DNA of 64,000 nucleotides from Oscillospiraceae bacterium (GCA_022650455.1 JALCPO010000002.1:5073-69072), one strand, 5' to 3'; positions 10,390-21,219 are shown, numbered from the stretch's first letter. Notes: generated by a model from the letters alone, not told the origin. Made by a program: numbers and translations.

Positions 10390-10656
10390 CTATCCTTTTC
10401 CTTGAATTCTCGTATAGATTAGAATGGCGGCGAGAAGCAGAATGGCCTGCGCTACGTTGATGTCGATCATCATGCCGAAGGTGACCTGCAGGACCGAAAG
10501 GTCCACGGTGGCCGTGGAAACGCCGAATTTTGCCGCGATGGCAAGCCACGCGAGGGACGGCACGCCTGCGGCGGCTCCGGCCGCCGCTTTGCCGAGCACG
10601 ACCGCGAGAACGATCAGAAGAATCAATGAAATTGTTTTTACAATGCCCTTTTTCAT
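10390..10656 (-). CDS. Small membrane protein (DUF4321-like)
   Basis: Two hydrophobic segments with DLSVLQVTFGMMIDINVAQ; directly upstream of maf in the same direction. Confidence 0.65.
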   Translation of the reverse strand: MKKGIVKTISLILLIVLAVVLGKAAAGAAAGVPSLAWLAIAAKFGVSTATVDLSVLQVTFGMMIDINVAQAILLLAAILIYTRIQGKG

Positions 10657-10684
10657 GAAATAGTCTTTCCGTCCCCCTGTTTTT

Positions 10685-11158
10685 TTAACCGCGGCCACGG
10701 CCGCTTTTTCCCGTGGAGCCGAAGGCGCCGGCCCCGCGTTCCGTCGCCCCCAGGTCGGCGGTTTCCTTTAAAACGGTTTCATAGACCGGCATGACGACCA
10801 GCTGCGCGAACCGTTCGCCGGGGGACAGGACGTACGGCTTTCCGCTTGTGTTGCCAATGCCGACGATCAGTTCTCCGCGGTAGTCGCTGTCGATGACGCC
10901 GACCGCGTTGGGCAGGGAAACGCCGTGGTTGACGCCGAGGCCGCTGCGCGCGAAGATCAGCCCGACGGTATTTTTGTCCGGCAGAGCGACGGCCACGCCC
11001 GTCGGGATCTTATAGAGCCCGTGCGGCTCGACGGTGACCGGCCCGTCGAGGCAGGCGTACAGGTCGAGCCCCGCCGCCCCGCTGCTGCCGCGGGTGGGCA
11101 GAACGGCCGTTTCCCGCAGCTTTTTAATTTTGATTTCCTTCTTCATGATGTTATTCAT
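10685..11158 (-). CDS. dut: dUTP diphosphatase
   Basis: AAGLDL, ARSGLG, GVIDSDYRGEL, ERFAQLV, RGAGAFGSTG motifs. Confidence 0.96.
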   Translation of the reverse strand: MNNIMKKEIKIKKLRETAVLPTRGSSGAAGLDLYACLDGPVTVEPHGLYKIPTGVAVALPDKNTVGLIFARSGLGVNHGVSLPNAVGVIDSDYRGELIVGIGNTSGKPYVLSPGERFAQLVVMPVYETVLKETADLGATERGAGAFGSTGKSGRGRG

Positions 11159-11182
11159 AAGCACGCTCCGATGCTACAATTT

Positions 11183-13264
11183 TTATTCAATTCCGCGGTA
11201 ATACAGACCGCGGGTATAGGAATTTTCCGCCATGCGGGCGGGTTTGCCGCCGAGGGCGGAGCAGTAGATGCCCAGAACGGCTTCCGTTTCCCGCGCGCTT
11301 TCCGTGGAAAACCGGAGCAGGCCGAAGTCCTGGTTTCGGACGTCTCTCAGCCGGTCGGCGAGGAAAAGCGGGACGGAATTGAGCACTTCGCTGCAGGCGC
11401 CGTAACACTGAACGGGAAACCGGACCCCGCGCCGGTCGGTCAGCTCCGGCGCCGACTTGCAGTGGGTGCAGCCGTGCTCCGAATTCGCCGCGGGGCAGTT
11501 CCGGCAGAGCATCAGCGGAAGGCGGCCGTAAAGGAACAGCCCGCGGGGCAGGGAGCCCCCGATGCGCGCGGCCTGCGACAAAGTCAGCTCCGGCGAAAGC
11601 TCGGCGTCTTCCAGCCCGAGCCCCCGGTACCATGCCAGCGCTTCCGTGTTGGTGATGTTCAGCGAAAAACCTCCGTGCACCCGGAGCCCGGCGTCCAGCG
11701 CGAGACGGACGGAGTCGAGGTTCCCCGCCCAGGCGTCGGAGACGCCCGCCGCCTTCGCTTCCTTCAGGCGCCCGCGGACGGCGTCTTCCATCCCGAACAG
11801 GCCGCGGGGAATCTCAACGGCGGCGGGAAAGCCGTTTTCCAGAAGCTCCGCAAGCCGCCGCGGCCCGGCCGTGCAGGGGACGTAGACCAGTTCGCAGACC
11901 TTCGCCGCTTCCGGCAGGTCGGTTCCGCGGAAGCGGGCGCGCAGGCGGAGTTTCCCGGCAGCGTGTTCCCGCCGGGGCGGAATTTCGGCTTCTTCGAACG
12001 GGATGCCCGGCCGTTCGGCGCGTATCTGCTCCAGCTGCGCCAGCGTTTCGCGGCGCAGGCGGTTCAGTTCGGAGATCGGCACGGCGAGCCCGGGATCAAT
12101 CTTGCATACCGCGTTTTGCACCGAGAACGGGGTGCCGCCCGTTTTCCGGAGCTGTTCCTCACAGCGGGCCGCGTCCGCCGGCCGGCGGATCGCGGGCTGG
12201 GGAACGGCCCCTTCCGCCCGGGCGGCATGTCCCGCTTCGTCCGCGGCGGTGAGGGAGACCGGTTCCCCGCGGGAGATTTTCAGGGCGAAATCGACGGGGA
12301 TCCGTTCCGGCTCCGAAGCGTAGATTTCCCGGAGGGAACGGAGCGCGTTCCGGTCCGCCCCGGCGACATCCTCTTTGGAACGGATCCCGAACATCTCCCG
12401 TCCCCGTTTCCCGTCGGCGTAGCCCTGCGTGAACCCCGAGCGGGAGAAAACGGCCCGCAGGCCGTCCGCCAGCCGCCGGGGCACGGGCTTCCCCTCCACG
12501 GCGAGCCGGCAGGCGCGCGCCGCCGCCGCAACGTATTCCGGGCGCTTGAGGCGTCCCTCGATTTTCAGGCTGACGGCTCCGGCCCGTTCCAGCTCCCCGG
12601 TGCGGGAGATCAGCGAAAGGTCGCGCAGGCTCAGGTCGTGCCCCGTTCCGCCGGGCGCGGAAAAAGGAAGGCGGCAGGGTTGGGCGCAGAGCCCGCGGTT
12701 TCCGCTGCGCGAGCCGAGCACCGCGCTGAAGCAGCACTGCCCGCTGACGGACATACAAAGGGCGCCGTGGACAAAAACTTCCAGCTCGATGGGGCAAGCC
12801 CGGTGGACGGCTTCCGTTTCGCGGATGGAAAGCTCGCGTGCCAGCACGAGACGCCGGAATCCGGCGCCGTACAGGGCGTTTGCCCCGGCAACGGTGTGGA
12901 CGCCCGTCTGGGTGGAAGCGTGCAGCGGAAGCCGCGGCGCGCGGCGGAGCAAAAGAGCGGCGAGACCCATGTCCTGCACGAGGACCGCGTCTACGGGAAC
13001 GGCGCAGGCTTCGCAGACCAGACGCAGGGCGTCCGGAAGCTCCCCGTCGAACAGCAGGGTGTTCACGGCGAGATAGACCTTCACGCCGCGGGCGTGGCAG
13101 TACGCCGCCGCCTTTTTCAGCTCGTCCATGCTGAAGTTCTTCGCCCCGGCCCGCGCGCTGAAGCGGGACGCGCCAAGGTAGACGGCGTCGGCCCCCGCGC
13201 GGACGGCCGCGAGAAGGCTTTCGGGCGAGCCGGCCGGAGCCAGCACTTCCGCTTTACGGCTCAT
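11183..13264 (-). CDS. Long U32-family protein with DUF3656-like region (RlhA-type Fe-S protein)
   Basis: EVLAPAGS, GADAVYLG, LHASTQ, FVHGALCMSVSGQC, NRGLCAQPCR, LKIEGRLK, YTRGLY. Confidence 0.9.
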   Translation of the reverse strand: MSRKAEVLAPAGSPESLLAAVRAGADAVYLGASRFSARAGAKNFSMDELKKAAAYCHARGVKVYLAVNTLLFDGELPDALRLVCEACAVPVDAVLVQDMGLAALLLRRAPRLPLHASTQTGVHTVAGANALYGAGFRRLVLARELSIRETEAVHRACPIELEVFVHGALCMSVSGQCCFSAVLGSRSGNRGLCAQPCRLPFSAPGGTGHDLSLRDLSLISRTGELERAGAVSLKIEGRLKRPEYVAAAARACRLAVEGKPVPRRLADGLRAVFSRSGFTQGYADGKRGREMFGIRSKEDVAGADRNALRSLREIYASEPERIPVDFALKISRGEPVSLTAADEAGHAARAEGAVPQPAIRRPADAARCEEQLRKTGGTPFSVQNAVCKIDPGLAVPISELNRLRRETLAQLEQIRAERPGIPFEEAEIPPRREHAAGKLRLRARFRGTDLPEAAKVCELVYVPCTAGPRRLAELLENGFPAAVEIPRGLFGMEDAVRGRLKEAKAAGVSDAWAGNLDSVRLALDAGLRVHGGFSLNITNTEALAWYRGLGLEDAELSPELTLSQAARIGGSLPRGLFLYGRLPLMLCRNCPAANSEHGCTHCKSAPELTDRRGVRFPVQCYGACSEVLNSVPLFLADRLRDVRNQDFGLLRFSTESARETEAVLGIYCSALGGKPARMAENSYTRGLYYRGIE

Positions 13265-13763
13265 TGGAATTTTTTTCAAAGAAGCTCATAAAGCTTTCCT
13301 GATCCGCTTTCGCCTCGGGTTTGACCCTCGAAAAATCACCTGTCTGCTGCGGCGCGGGCGTTCCCGGAACGGCGGGGGCAACCGGTTCTTCCGTTTCGCC
13401 TTCGGGAAGCTTTCCCGCGGCGGAGAGGCGCGCCCGGAGCGTCTGGTTCTCTTTTTTCATGCGTTCCAGTTCACGGCGGGATTCTTCGGCGTCCATGCGG
13501 GCGTGGGAGGAATCCTCCAGGTAATTTTTGATCTGGGAACGCAGGTTTTCCGCGGTGGACGCGGCTTTATGCGATTCGTCGCAGTAGCTGAGCGCGGTGA
13601 TGACCGCCGCCAGCGTGACGGAGATGCGCTCGTTTTTGGCCATGAGGTCGTCGATCGCCTTCTGGACTTCGTCGCCGATGGAACGAATGTAATTTTCGCT
13701 GTCGTCCGAACAAAGCGCGCATTCGCAGCCGCAGATGTTCAGTTTGATTCTGTTTTTCGCCAT
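13254..13763 (-). CDS. zapA: Cell division protein ZapA with C-terminal extension
   Basis: KNRIKLNICG...SENYIRSIGDEV...AAVITALSYCDE followed by a coiled coil; overlaps U32 start. Confidence 0.8.
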   Translation of the reverse strand: MAKNRIKLNICGCECALCSDDSENYIRSIGDEVQKAIDDLMAKNERISVTLAAVITALSYCDESHKAASTAENLRSQIKNYLEDSSHARMDAEESRRELERMKKENQTLRARLSAAGKLPEGETEEPVAPAVPGTPAPQQTGDFSRVKPEAKADQESFMSFFEKNSNEP

Positions 13764-14136
13764 TTTCATGATCCTTTCCCCGGCCGGAGCCATACCGCCG
13801 CGCCCGTTTGGCCGGTGCGCGGCCTGCGGTATGCTTTCCATATGGAAAGTCTGGTTTCCATGTCCTGATATATAGCATATTATAATCTATTTTGCTATAA
13901 TATGAAAGAGATTTCCGGCACTTTTTCCGTTTCGGCGCCGCCTGCGGGATCGCGGGCTCCGGAATGGGAACTCCCTGCGGCGCGCGAAAATTATGTTTTG
14001 TGCAAAAAGTACAAAATTTGATTCAAAATGCCCTCCAGCAAGGGTGCGGGGACGATCCGGAGCCAGATTCAAAAAAGCACGCTGATCCTGCAAAATGGAA
14101 CCCGGCTTGGAAAGGACCGTTTTGCGCGGCTTGTTC

Positions 14137-14165
14137 TTGTAATTCGCCTGGATTTGGTGTATCAT
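14137..14165 (+). promoter_or_regulatory. sigma-A promoter for glgP
   Basis: TTGTAA-17 bp-TATCAT, 78 nt before the ATG. Confidence 0.55.
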
Positions 14166-14242
14166 ACACATAACCGATTAAAATTACAGATTTTTACAGA
14201 ACGAATTCCCGCTTCGTCGGGCGCTCGTTCGGGAGGGCCGTT

Positions 14243-16702
14243 ATGAGCGAAAAGCAGACGGTGGAAAAAATACAGGAGACCGTCCGGGACAATCTGGAGC
14301 ATGTGTTCGGCGTCACGCTCGCCAATGCGAACGACGAACAGTGCTACAAGGCCGCGGCCCTGGCGGTCCGCAATCTGCTGGAGGAGGCCCGCCTTTCGTT
14401 TGTGGAACGGGCCGAAAAGACGCGGACGAAACATATTTACTACCTGTGCATGGAGTTCCTGGTGGGACGGTCGCTGAAAAACAGCCTGTACAATCTGGGG
14501 CTGGAAAGCGCGTTCCGCAAGGCCCTCGCCGGCATGGGACTGAAGCTGGACGCCCTTTACGAGCAGGAGCCGGACGCCGGCCTCGGCAACGGGGGCCTCG
14601 GCCGCCTGGCCGCCTGCTACATGGATGCGCTGGCGACGCTCGGTTACCCCGCCACGGGGTATTCCCTGCGTTACGAATACGGCATTTTCCGGCAGAAGCT
14701 GGTGGACGGCTGGCAGACCGAGCTGCCGGATTTCTGGCTTCCGGGAGGGAAGGTCTGGCTGAAGGGCGAGCCGGAAAAAAGCGTGGAGGTCCGGTTCAAC
14801 GGCCACATCGACGATTACTGGAACAACGGCTACCACGTGGTGAACCATAAGGATTACACGAAAGTCATCGCCGTGCCGTACGACATGTACCTTTCCGGGT
14901 ACGGGGGGAAGGGCGTCAGCCGCCTGCGCCTGTGGGCGGCCACCAGCGCGGAATTCGACATGAAGCTGTTCAACGGCGGCAACTACATGCGCGCCATGGA
15001 GCAGAAGGCGATGGCGGAGGTCATCACCAAGGTCCTGTACCCGGACGACAACCATCTGGAGGGCAAGAGCCTGCGCCTTTCCCAGCAGTATTTTCTGGTG
15101 TCCGCGTCCATCCAGGACCTGATCCGCCACCATCTGTTTTCGCACCGGACGCTTGACAGCCTGCCCGACCTTGTGGCCATCCACCTGAACGACACGCACC
15201 CGGTGCTGGCCATTCCGGAGATGATGCGGGTCATGATGGACGAGTGCGGATACGGCTGGGACGCCGCCTGGGAGATTGTCCAGAGCGTGTTCGGCTATAC
15301 CAACCACACGGTGATGGCCGAGGCGCTGGAGTGCTGGGGGATCGACCTGTTCCGGTCGCGCCTGCCGCGCATCTACCAGATCGTGGAGGAGATCAACCGC
15401 CGCTTCTGCGCCAAAATGCACGCCAAAGGGGTGGACGGCTGCAAGGTCGGCCGCATGGCCCCGTGGAACGACGGCTATGTGAAGATGGCGAACCTCGCCG
15501 TCGTGGGGAGCCGGAGCGTGAACGGCGTTTCCAAGCTGCACAGCGACATTCTGAAAAACCGCGTGTTCCACGACTTTTACACCGAGATGCCGGAAAAGTT
15601 CCTCAACGTGACCAACGGCATCGCTCACCGGCGCTGGCTCTGCCAGGCGAACCCCGGCCTCTCCGCGCTGATCGCGGAGCTGATCGGCGGCGGGTACGTG
15701 CGCGACGCTTCCAAGCTTGCGGAGCTCATGCCGTACACAGACGACCCGGCGGTTCTGGAGAAAATGGCGCAGGTCAAGCGCCGGAACAAGGTGCGCCTTG
15801 CGGAATACGTCAAAAAGGCGAACGGCATCGAAATCGACCCGGACTCCATTTTCGACGTGCAGGTCAAGCGCCTGCACGAGTACAAGCGGCAGCACCTGAA
15901 CGCGCTTCAGATTCTGGCGGACTACCGGCGCCTGCGCGAGAACCCGGGTATGGATTTCCGGCCAAGGACGTATATTTTCGGCGCGAAAGCGGCGCCCGGC
16001 TATTATTTTGCGAAGCAGATCATCCGCTTCATCGTCGACCTGGGCAAAACCATCAACGGAGACCCGCGCGTGAACAAAAAAATGCGCGTGGTCTATTTGG
16101 AAGACTACCGCGTGACGCTCGCGGAACTGCTGATGCCCGCCGCCGACATCAGCGAGCAGATTTCGCTCGCGGGCACGGAGGCGTCCGGCACCAGCAACAT
16201 GAAGCTGATGATCAACGGTGCGGTCACGCTCGGTACGCTGGACGGCGCGAATGTGGAAATCCACGACGCGGTGGGCGACGAAAACATGATCCTGTTCGGC
16301 ATGACGGCCCCGCAGGTTTCGGAGCTGAAAAACAGCGGATACCGGCCGAAGAGCTTCGCGGACGGCAGCCCGGCCATTTCCGGGGCGTTGCGCGAGATGG
16401 ACGCCGGCTTCTGCGGCGTCAGCTTTCACGACATTGCCGATTCCCTGCTGAACCGCGACCCGTATATGGTTCTGGCGGATTTCGCGTCCTATGAAAAAGC
16501 CAGGGCGAAGTCCGCGGAATGGTACGCCGACCCCGCCGCGTGGCAGCGCATGTGCCTGGTAAACGTGGCGCAGGCGGGCCGTTTTGCCGCGGACCGGGCG
16601 GTGCGGGAGTACGCGGAAAAGATCTGGCGCGCGCAGCCGGTGCCGCCGGAGGAAAACGAAGGAAAAAAAGCGAACCGCCGGCATAAATTCGGCAAAGCGT
16701 GA
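14243..16702 (+). CDS. glgP: Glycogen/starch phosphorylase
   Basis: GLGNGGLGRLAAC, LSQQYF, HLNDTHP, YTNHT, KRLHEYKRQ, EASGTSNMK (PLP lysine), TLDGANVE. Confidence 0.97.
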   Translation: MSEKQTVEKIQETVRDNLEHVFGVTLANANDEQCYKAAALAVRNLLEEARLSFVERAEKTRTKHIYYLCMEFLVGRSLKNSLYNLGLESAFRKALAGMGLKLDALYEQEPDAGLGNGGLGRLAACYMDALATLGYPATGYSLRYEYGIFRQKLVDGWQTELPDFWLPGGKVWLKGEPEKSVEVRFNGHIDDYWNNGYHVVNHKDYTKVIAVPYDMYLSGYGGKGVSRLRLWAATSAEFDMKLFNGGNYMRAMEQKAMAEVITKVLYPDDNHLEGKSLRLSQQYFLVSASIQDLIRHHLFSHRTLDSLPDLVAIHLNDTHPVLAIPEMMRVMMDECGYGWDAAWEIVQSVFGYTNHTVMAEALECWGIDLFRSRLPRIYQIVEEINRRFCAKMHAKGVDGCKVGRMAPWNDGYVKMANLAVVGSRSVNGVSKLHSDILKNRVFHDFYTEMPEKFLNVTNGIAHRRWLCQANPGLSALIAELIGGGYVRDASKLAELMPYTDDPAVLEKMAQVKRRNKVRLAEYVKKANGIEIDPDSIFDVQVKRLHEYKRQHLNALQILADYRRLRENPGMDFRPRTYIFGAKAAPGYYFAKQIIRFIVDLGKTINGDPRVNKKMRVVYLEDYRVTLAELLMPAADISEQISLAGTEASGTSNMKLMINGAVTLGTLDGANVEIHDAVGDENMILFGMTAPQVSELKNSGYRPKSFADGSPAISGALREMDAGFCGVSFHDIADSLLNRDPYMVLADFASYEKARAKSAEWYADPAAWQRMCLVNVAQAGRFAADRAVREYAEKIWRAQPVPPEENEGKKANRRHKFGKA

Positions 16703-16720
16703 CAAAAGAGGCTTTCTGCA

Positions 16721-18598
16721 ATGTTTCATTCGCGCAACCCCGCCTTCCGCTGCCCCACCGGAGCGGTTCCGGACGGAACCGCGGTCCACTTTAAAATCAC
16801 CCTGCCCCGGGACCTGCGCTGTTCCGCGGCCCGGCTCGCCGTGACCCGCGACGCGGACGGCGAACGGCGGACGATGGGGATGTTCTGGTGCGGGATGAAC
16901 GGCGGGCAGCATGAGTTCTGGGAATGCCACTACACCCCGCCGGAACCCGGCCTGTATTTTTACCGGTTCTTTGTGGATGCCTGGCGCGGCACGCTGGCCG
17001 TTACGCGCGCGTGGGGCGGCGACGGCGCCCTGCGGGAGGACGGGGCGCCGTGGCAGCTCACGGTTTACCGCCGCGGTTTCACGGTGCCGGCATGGTTCGG
17101 GCAGGGCGTGGTCTATCAGATCTTCCCCGACCGCTTTTTCCGCTCCGGGCAGAAAAAGGAAGGGGTTCCCCCGGACCGGAAAATCCACGAAACCTGGGGG
17201 GAGCAGCCCGACTGGGCACCGGACGAGCAGGGCAGGATCACCAACAGCGACTATTTCGGCGGCGACCTGCGCGGCATAGAGGAAAAGCTGGGGTACCTTC
17301 AGTCCCTCGGCGTGACCTGCCTGTACCTGAACCCGATTTTCGAGGCGCACTCCAACCACCGCTACAACACGGCGGATTACCGGAAGATCGACCCGCTCCT
17401 CGGCACGGAGGAGGATTTCCGCCGCCTGTGCCGCAGCGCGGCGGCCCTGGGAATCCGCATCGTGCTGGACGGCGTGTTCAACCATACGGGAAGCGACAGC
17501 GTCTACTTCAACCGGGAAGGGCGTTACCCCGGCCCGGGCGCGTACCAGTCGAAGGATTCGCCCTATTACCCGTGGTACCGTTTCCGGCGCTGGCCGGACG
17601 ATTACGAATGCTGGTGGAATTTCCGCACGCTGCCGAACGTCAGCGAGGAGAATCCGGGCTTTGAGCGGTTCGTCAACGGCCCGGACGGGGTCGTCCGCAA
17701 ATGGCTGCGCGCGGGCGCTTCCGGCTGGCGGCTGGACGTTGCCGACGAGCTGCCGGACGCTTTCCTGGAAAACCTGCGCGCCGGGGCGAAGGCCGAAAAA
17801 GAGGACGCGGTCCTCGTCGGCGAAGTGTGGGAGGATGCGTCCAACAAAATATCGTACGGAAAACGGCGGAAGTATCTGCTCGGGGAGCAGCTCGACAGCG
17901 TGATGAACTATCCCTTCCGGGAGGCGGTGCTCGGGTACCTGACGGGCGCGGAGGCCGCGGACATGATGGAAAAGATCCTGTCGATCCTGGAAAATTATCC
18001 GCCCCCGGTCATCCGGTGCCTGATGAACAACATCGGCACGCACGACACGGAGCGCGCTCTGACCGTCCTCGCGGGGGAGCCGCTGCGGGGGCACGGGCGG
18101 CGCTGGCAGAGCGTGACGCACCTGACGAAGGAGTGCCGCGCCCGCGGCCTCGCCCTGATGCGCCTCGCTTCGCTGATGCAGTTTACCCTGCCGGGCGTGC
18201 CGTGCGTCTATTACGGTGACGAAGCCGGGGCGGAAGGGTACCGCGACCCCTTCAACCGCGCCTGCTACCCGTGGGGCGGAGAGGACGCCGGGCTGGTCGG
18301 ATGGTACCGCCGGCTCGGCCGCCTGCGCGCGGACTGCCCCTGCCTGGACGGCGGGGAATTTCTCCCCCTTCTGGCCGACGGCGACGGCTTCGCCTATATC
18401 CGGCAGGGGGAGAAGGACGCGCTGCTGTGCGCGTTCAACCGGGGCGGCGCGCCCCTGGCGGTGAAGCTGACCGGCGAGTGGCAGGGCGCGGAGGCCCTGC
18501 TGGGCCCTTCGCCGAACGCGGAAAACCGCCTGATGCTTCCGGCGCTGTCCTGCGCGGCGGTGCGGCGAAACATCGGCGGCCGATCCGGAATGGAATAA
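16721..18598 (+). CDS. GH13 glycoside hydrolase (neopullulanase/cyclomaltodextrinase-like)
   Basis: YQIFPDRF, GGDLRGI, HRYNT, LDGVFNH, GWRLDVADE, VGEVWE, GTHDT, YYGDEAG. Confidence 0.93.
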   Translation: MFHSRNPAFRCPTGAVPDGTAVHFKITLPRDLRCSAARLAVTRDADGERRTMGMFWCGMNGGQHEFWECHYTPPEPGLYFYRFFVDAWRGTLAVTRAWGGDGALREDGAPWQLTVYRRGFTVPAWFGQGVVYQIFPDRFFRSGQKKEGVPPDRKIHETWGEQPDWAPDEQGRITNSDYFGGDLRGIEEKLGYLQSLGVTCLYLNPIFEAHSNHRYNTADYRKIDPLLGTEEDFRRLCRSAAALGIRIVLDGVFNHTGSDSVYFNREGRYPGPGAYQSKDSPYYPWYRFRRWPDDYECWWNFRTLPNVSEENPGFERFVNGPDGVVRKWLRAGASGWRLDVADELPDAFLENLRAGAKAEKEDAVLVGEVWEDASNKISYGKRRKYLLGEQLDSVMNYPFREAVLGYLTGAEAADMMEKILSILENYPPPVIRCLMNNIGTHDTERALTVLAGEPLRGHGRRWQSVTHLTKECRARGLALMRLASLMQFTLPGVPCVYYGDEAGAEGYRDPFNRACYPWGGEDAGLVGWYRRLGRLRADCPCLDGGEFLPLLADGDGFAYIRQGEKDALLCAFNRGGAPLAVKLTGEWQGAEALLGPSPNAENRLMLPALSCAAVRRNIGGRSGME

Positions 18599-18617
18599 AA
18601 TCAGAATGCATGAACAA

Positions 18618-18649
18618 CAGGCCCGCAGGAAAATTTTCCCGCGGGCCTG
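18618..18649. terminator. Hairpin between convergent genes
   Basis: CAGGCCCGC...GCGGGCCTG inverted repeat. Confidence 0.6.
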
Positions 18650-18652
18650 CTT

Positions 18653-19129
18653 TCAGCCTTTTCGGTGCCGTTTGCCGGTCAGGGCGGTGACGTCCAGCCG
18701 GATGACGGCCATATGGAGCAGATATTCCGGCCGGTATTCCGGCTTGCCGGGGAACCCGTATTTTTTCATGATAAGGTCGAGCGCGCCGCGGATTTCCTCC
18801 GGGTCTTCCAAGACGGAAGCGCGGCCCGCGCCGACCACGCTTTCGTAATCGGCGGACCAGTCGCAGGCGTCGGGGCCCGTGGCCAGCCGGAAGGAGCCGT
18901 CCGCCTCGAAACAGGCGTTGGGGTTTTTCCGGATCAGGTCGAGCTTGCGGCCCTGCGGGGCGGAATGGAAATAGAGGGTCAGCCTGCCGTTTTCGGCGCG
19001 GTACCCAAAGTTCAGCGGCACCACGTACGGCCGGTCGCCGTCGCACAGCGCGAGCCGCACGACGGAGCATCTTCCCAGAATGGCGACAATCTCGTCGAAT
19101 TCTTTGACTTCCCGGTCGCTCCGGCGCAT
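18653..19129 (-). CDS. Pyridoxamine 5'-phosphate oxidase-like flavoprotein (NimA/NimC-like)
   Basis: MRRSDRE, PYVVPLNFGY, YFHSAPQGRKLD, NPNACFE, YESVVG. Confidence 0.85.
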   Translation of the reverse strand: MRRSDREVKEFDEIVAILGRCSVVRLALCDGDRPYVVPLNFGYRAENGRLTLYFHSAPQGRKLDLIRKNPNACFEADGSFRLATGPDACDWSADYESVVGAGRASVLEDPEEIRGALDLIMKKYGFPGKPEYRPEYLLHMAVIRLDVTALTGKRHRKG

Positions 19130-19160
19130 GTGAAACCAGCTCCTTTCGTGCCCGCGGCGG

Positions 19161-20534
19161 TTAAAATTTGACTTTTTCTTCGAGGTACCCGGCGAGCCGG
19201 TCGATGGAAACGCGCTCCTGCTTCATGGAGTCGCGGTCGCGCACCGTCACGCAGCCGTCCTCGCCGCTCTGGAAGTCGTAGGTGACGCAGAACGGCGTGC
19301 CGATCTCGTCCTGGCGGCGGTAGCGCTTGCCGATGGAACCGGCATCGTCGTAATCGATGCTGAACTTTTTGGAAAGCTCGGCGCGGATCTTCTGCGCCGG
19401 GTCGTTCAGCTTTTTGCTCAGCGGAAGGACGGCACACCGGAACGGCGCGAGGGCGGGGTGCAGGCGGAGCACCGTGCGGGTGTCCTTTTCGTTCAGCTTT
19501 TCCTCGTCGTACGCGTCCACCAGAAAGGCGAGGGCGACGCGGTCCGCGCCGAGGGACGGCTCGATCACGTAGGGGATATAGCGCTCGTTCGTCTCCGGGT
19601 CGAAGTACTCGAGGCTCTTTCCGGAACGCTCCTGATGGCGGGAAAGGTCGTAGTTTGTGCGGTCGGCAACGCCCCAGAGCTCGCCCCAGCCGAACGGGAA
19701 GCGGTACTCGATGTCCGTCGTCGCCTTGGAGTAGAACGAAAGCTCCGCCTTCTCATGGTCGCGCAGGCGGATGTTCTCTTCCGTCATGCCGAGGCCGAGG
19801 AGAAAGTTTTTGCAGAAATCCTTCCAGTAATGGAACCAGTCGAGGTCGGTGTCCGGCTTGCAGAAGAATTCCAGCTCCATCTGCTCGAACTCGCGGGTGC
19901 GGAACGTGAAGTTGCCGGGCGTGATCTCGTTGCGGAAGCTCTTGCCGATCTGGCCGATGCCGAACGGGATCTTGCGGCGGGTGGTGCGCTGCACGTTCGC
20001 AAAGTTGACGAAAATGCCCTGGGCGGTTTCCGGGCGGAGGTAAATTTCGTTTTTCGCGTCCTCGGTGACACCCTGGAAGGTTTTGAACATGAGGTTGAAC
20101 TTGCGGATTTCGGTAAAGTTGGAGGAGCCGCAGACCGGGCATTTGATGCCGTGCTCCCGGATGTAGGCGCTCATCTGCTCGAACGTCATGCCGTTTGCGT
20201 CGCCGCCCGCGTCCTCGATCAGCTTGTCCGCGCGGTGACGGGTCTTGCAGTCCCGGCAGTCCATCAGCGGGTCGGAAAACCCGCCCACATGGCCCGAAGC
20301 CACCCAGACCTGCGGGTTCATCAGGATCGCCGCGTCGAGCCCCACGTTGTAAGGGCTTTCCTGAACGAATTTTTTCCACCAGGCGCGCTTCACGTTGTTT
20401 TTGAATTCAACGCCCAGCGGGCCGTAGTCCCACGTGTTGGAAAGCCCGCCGTAGATTTCGGAGCCGGAGTAGACGAACCCGCGGTTTTTGCAGAGGGAGA
20501 CGATCTGGTCCATGGTTTTTTCGGTAGCTTGCAT
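19161..20534 (-). CDS. glyQS: Glycine--tRNA ligase, homodimeric type
   Basis: [58 protein letters not shown]. Confidence 0.97.
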   Translation of the reverse strand: MQATEKTMDQIVSLCKNRGFVYSGSEIYGGLSNTWDYGPLGVEFKNNVKRAWWKKFVQESPYNVGLDAAILMNPQVWVASGHVGGFSDPLMDCRDCKTRHRADKLIEDAGGDANGMTFEQMSAYIREHGIKCPVCGSSNFTEIRKFNLMFKTFQGVTEDAKNEIYLRPETAQGIFVNFANVQRTTRRKIPFGIGQIGKSFRNEITPGNFTFRTREFEQMELEFFCKPDTDLDWFHYWKDFCKNFLLGLGMTEENIRLRDHEKAELSFYSKATTDIEYRFPFGWGELWGVADRTNYDLSRHQERSGKSLEYFDPETNERYIPYVIEPSLGADRVALAFLVDAYDEEKLNEKDTRTVLRLHPALAPFRCAVLPLSKKLNDPAQKIRAELSKKFSIDYDDAGSIGKRYRRQDEIGTPFCVTYDFQSGEDGCVTVRDRDSMKQERVSIDRLAGYLEEKVKF

Positions 20535-20572
20535 TTCATTTCCTCCATTTGGGAACGCTGGCTGCGCTCCGC

Positions 20573-20992
20573 CTATTTTTTCCTGAAGATCACAAGTTTG
20601 CTCAGCGCATAGTTGATGATTACCACGACGACGTTGTCAACGACCTTGGAGAGGAGCTCGTTCCAGCCGCAGAGGTCGATCAGGAGCCACAGGCACGCGT
20701 AATCGACGCCGAGCGAGAACAGGCGCGCGCCGATGAAGCCGGCGAACTCCTTCCACACGACGGCCGCCCGGAAGCTTTTGCTCCGGAAGACGTAAAGCTT
20801 GTTCGTGAGGAAGGCGAACAGAACGGCCAGAACCCATGCGAGGATATTGGCCGCCTGCCAGGACCACCCGAGGCCCTTGTTTGCCGCCTGGAACACAACA
20901 ATGTTGATTACGGTGGTAAGCGCGCCGAAAACGATGTAGAGGATCATTTCCGGCGTCGTCAGGAAGCTCCAGATTTTTTTTACACGATTCAC
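20573..20992 (-). CDS. GtrA-family polyprenyl-P-sugar flippase
   Basis: [44 protein letters not shown]; 4 TM; TTGAAA-17-TACACT promoter upstream. Confidence 0.88.
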   Translation of the reverse strand: MNRVKKIWSFLTTPEMILYIVFGALTTVINIVVFQAANKGLGWSWQAANILAWVLAVLFAFLTNKLYVFRSKSFRAAVVWKEFAGFIGARLFSLGVDYACLWLLIDLCGWNELLSKVVDNVVVVIINYALSKLVIFRKK

Positions 20993-21098
20993 GTTGACAC
21001 CGCCATTTGGACAGGATGTTATTAGTGTACCATCCCGGCGTTTTTCTTTCAAGGAGATCGCCTGCTTTTTCAAAAATATTCTGATTCGGCAAAAATGT

Positions 21099-21142
21099 TT
21101 GACAGTATTTTACAGCCGTGCTATAATGACCGTGCTATAATG
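21099..21142 (+). promoter_or_regulatory. Consensus sigma-A promoter with tandemly duplicated extended -10
   Basis: TTGACA(21099-21104)-17-TATAAT(21122-21127); CCGTGCTATAATG repeated at 21116 and 21130. Confidence 0.8.
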
Positions 21143-21219
21143 GCCACTAAGAAAAACGGACCCGTTTTGGGGCCTGCGCGGCTGCGCGGGCCGGAAACCT
21201 ATCGAAAGAAGGAGTTTTT

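Noticed and set aside
13945-13956. 12-bp identity CGGGATCGCGGG with 49208-49219 as a possible dispersed repeat
   Set aside because: Many 12-mer matches are expected by chance in 64 kb of GC-rich DNA; flanks do not align
13997-14016. Rex-like palindrome TTTGTGCAAAAAGTACAAA upstream of glgP
   Set aside because: Spacing is one base off the 18-bp Rex consensus, with several mismatches
14162-18121. Very long antisense or alternate-frame ORFs (1319 aa here; also 10925-13291, 22039-24201, 26165-28132, 31711-33603, 54974 extension)
   Set aside because: Shadows of high-GC coding genes with clear family motifs on the real frame; no motifs or RBS of their own
20535-21100. T-box leader for glyQS
   Set aside because: glyQS directly follows gtrA; no T-box sequence or specifier stem found
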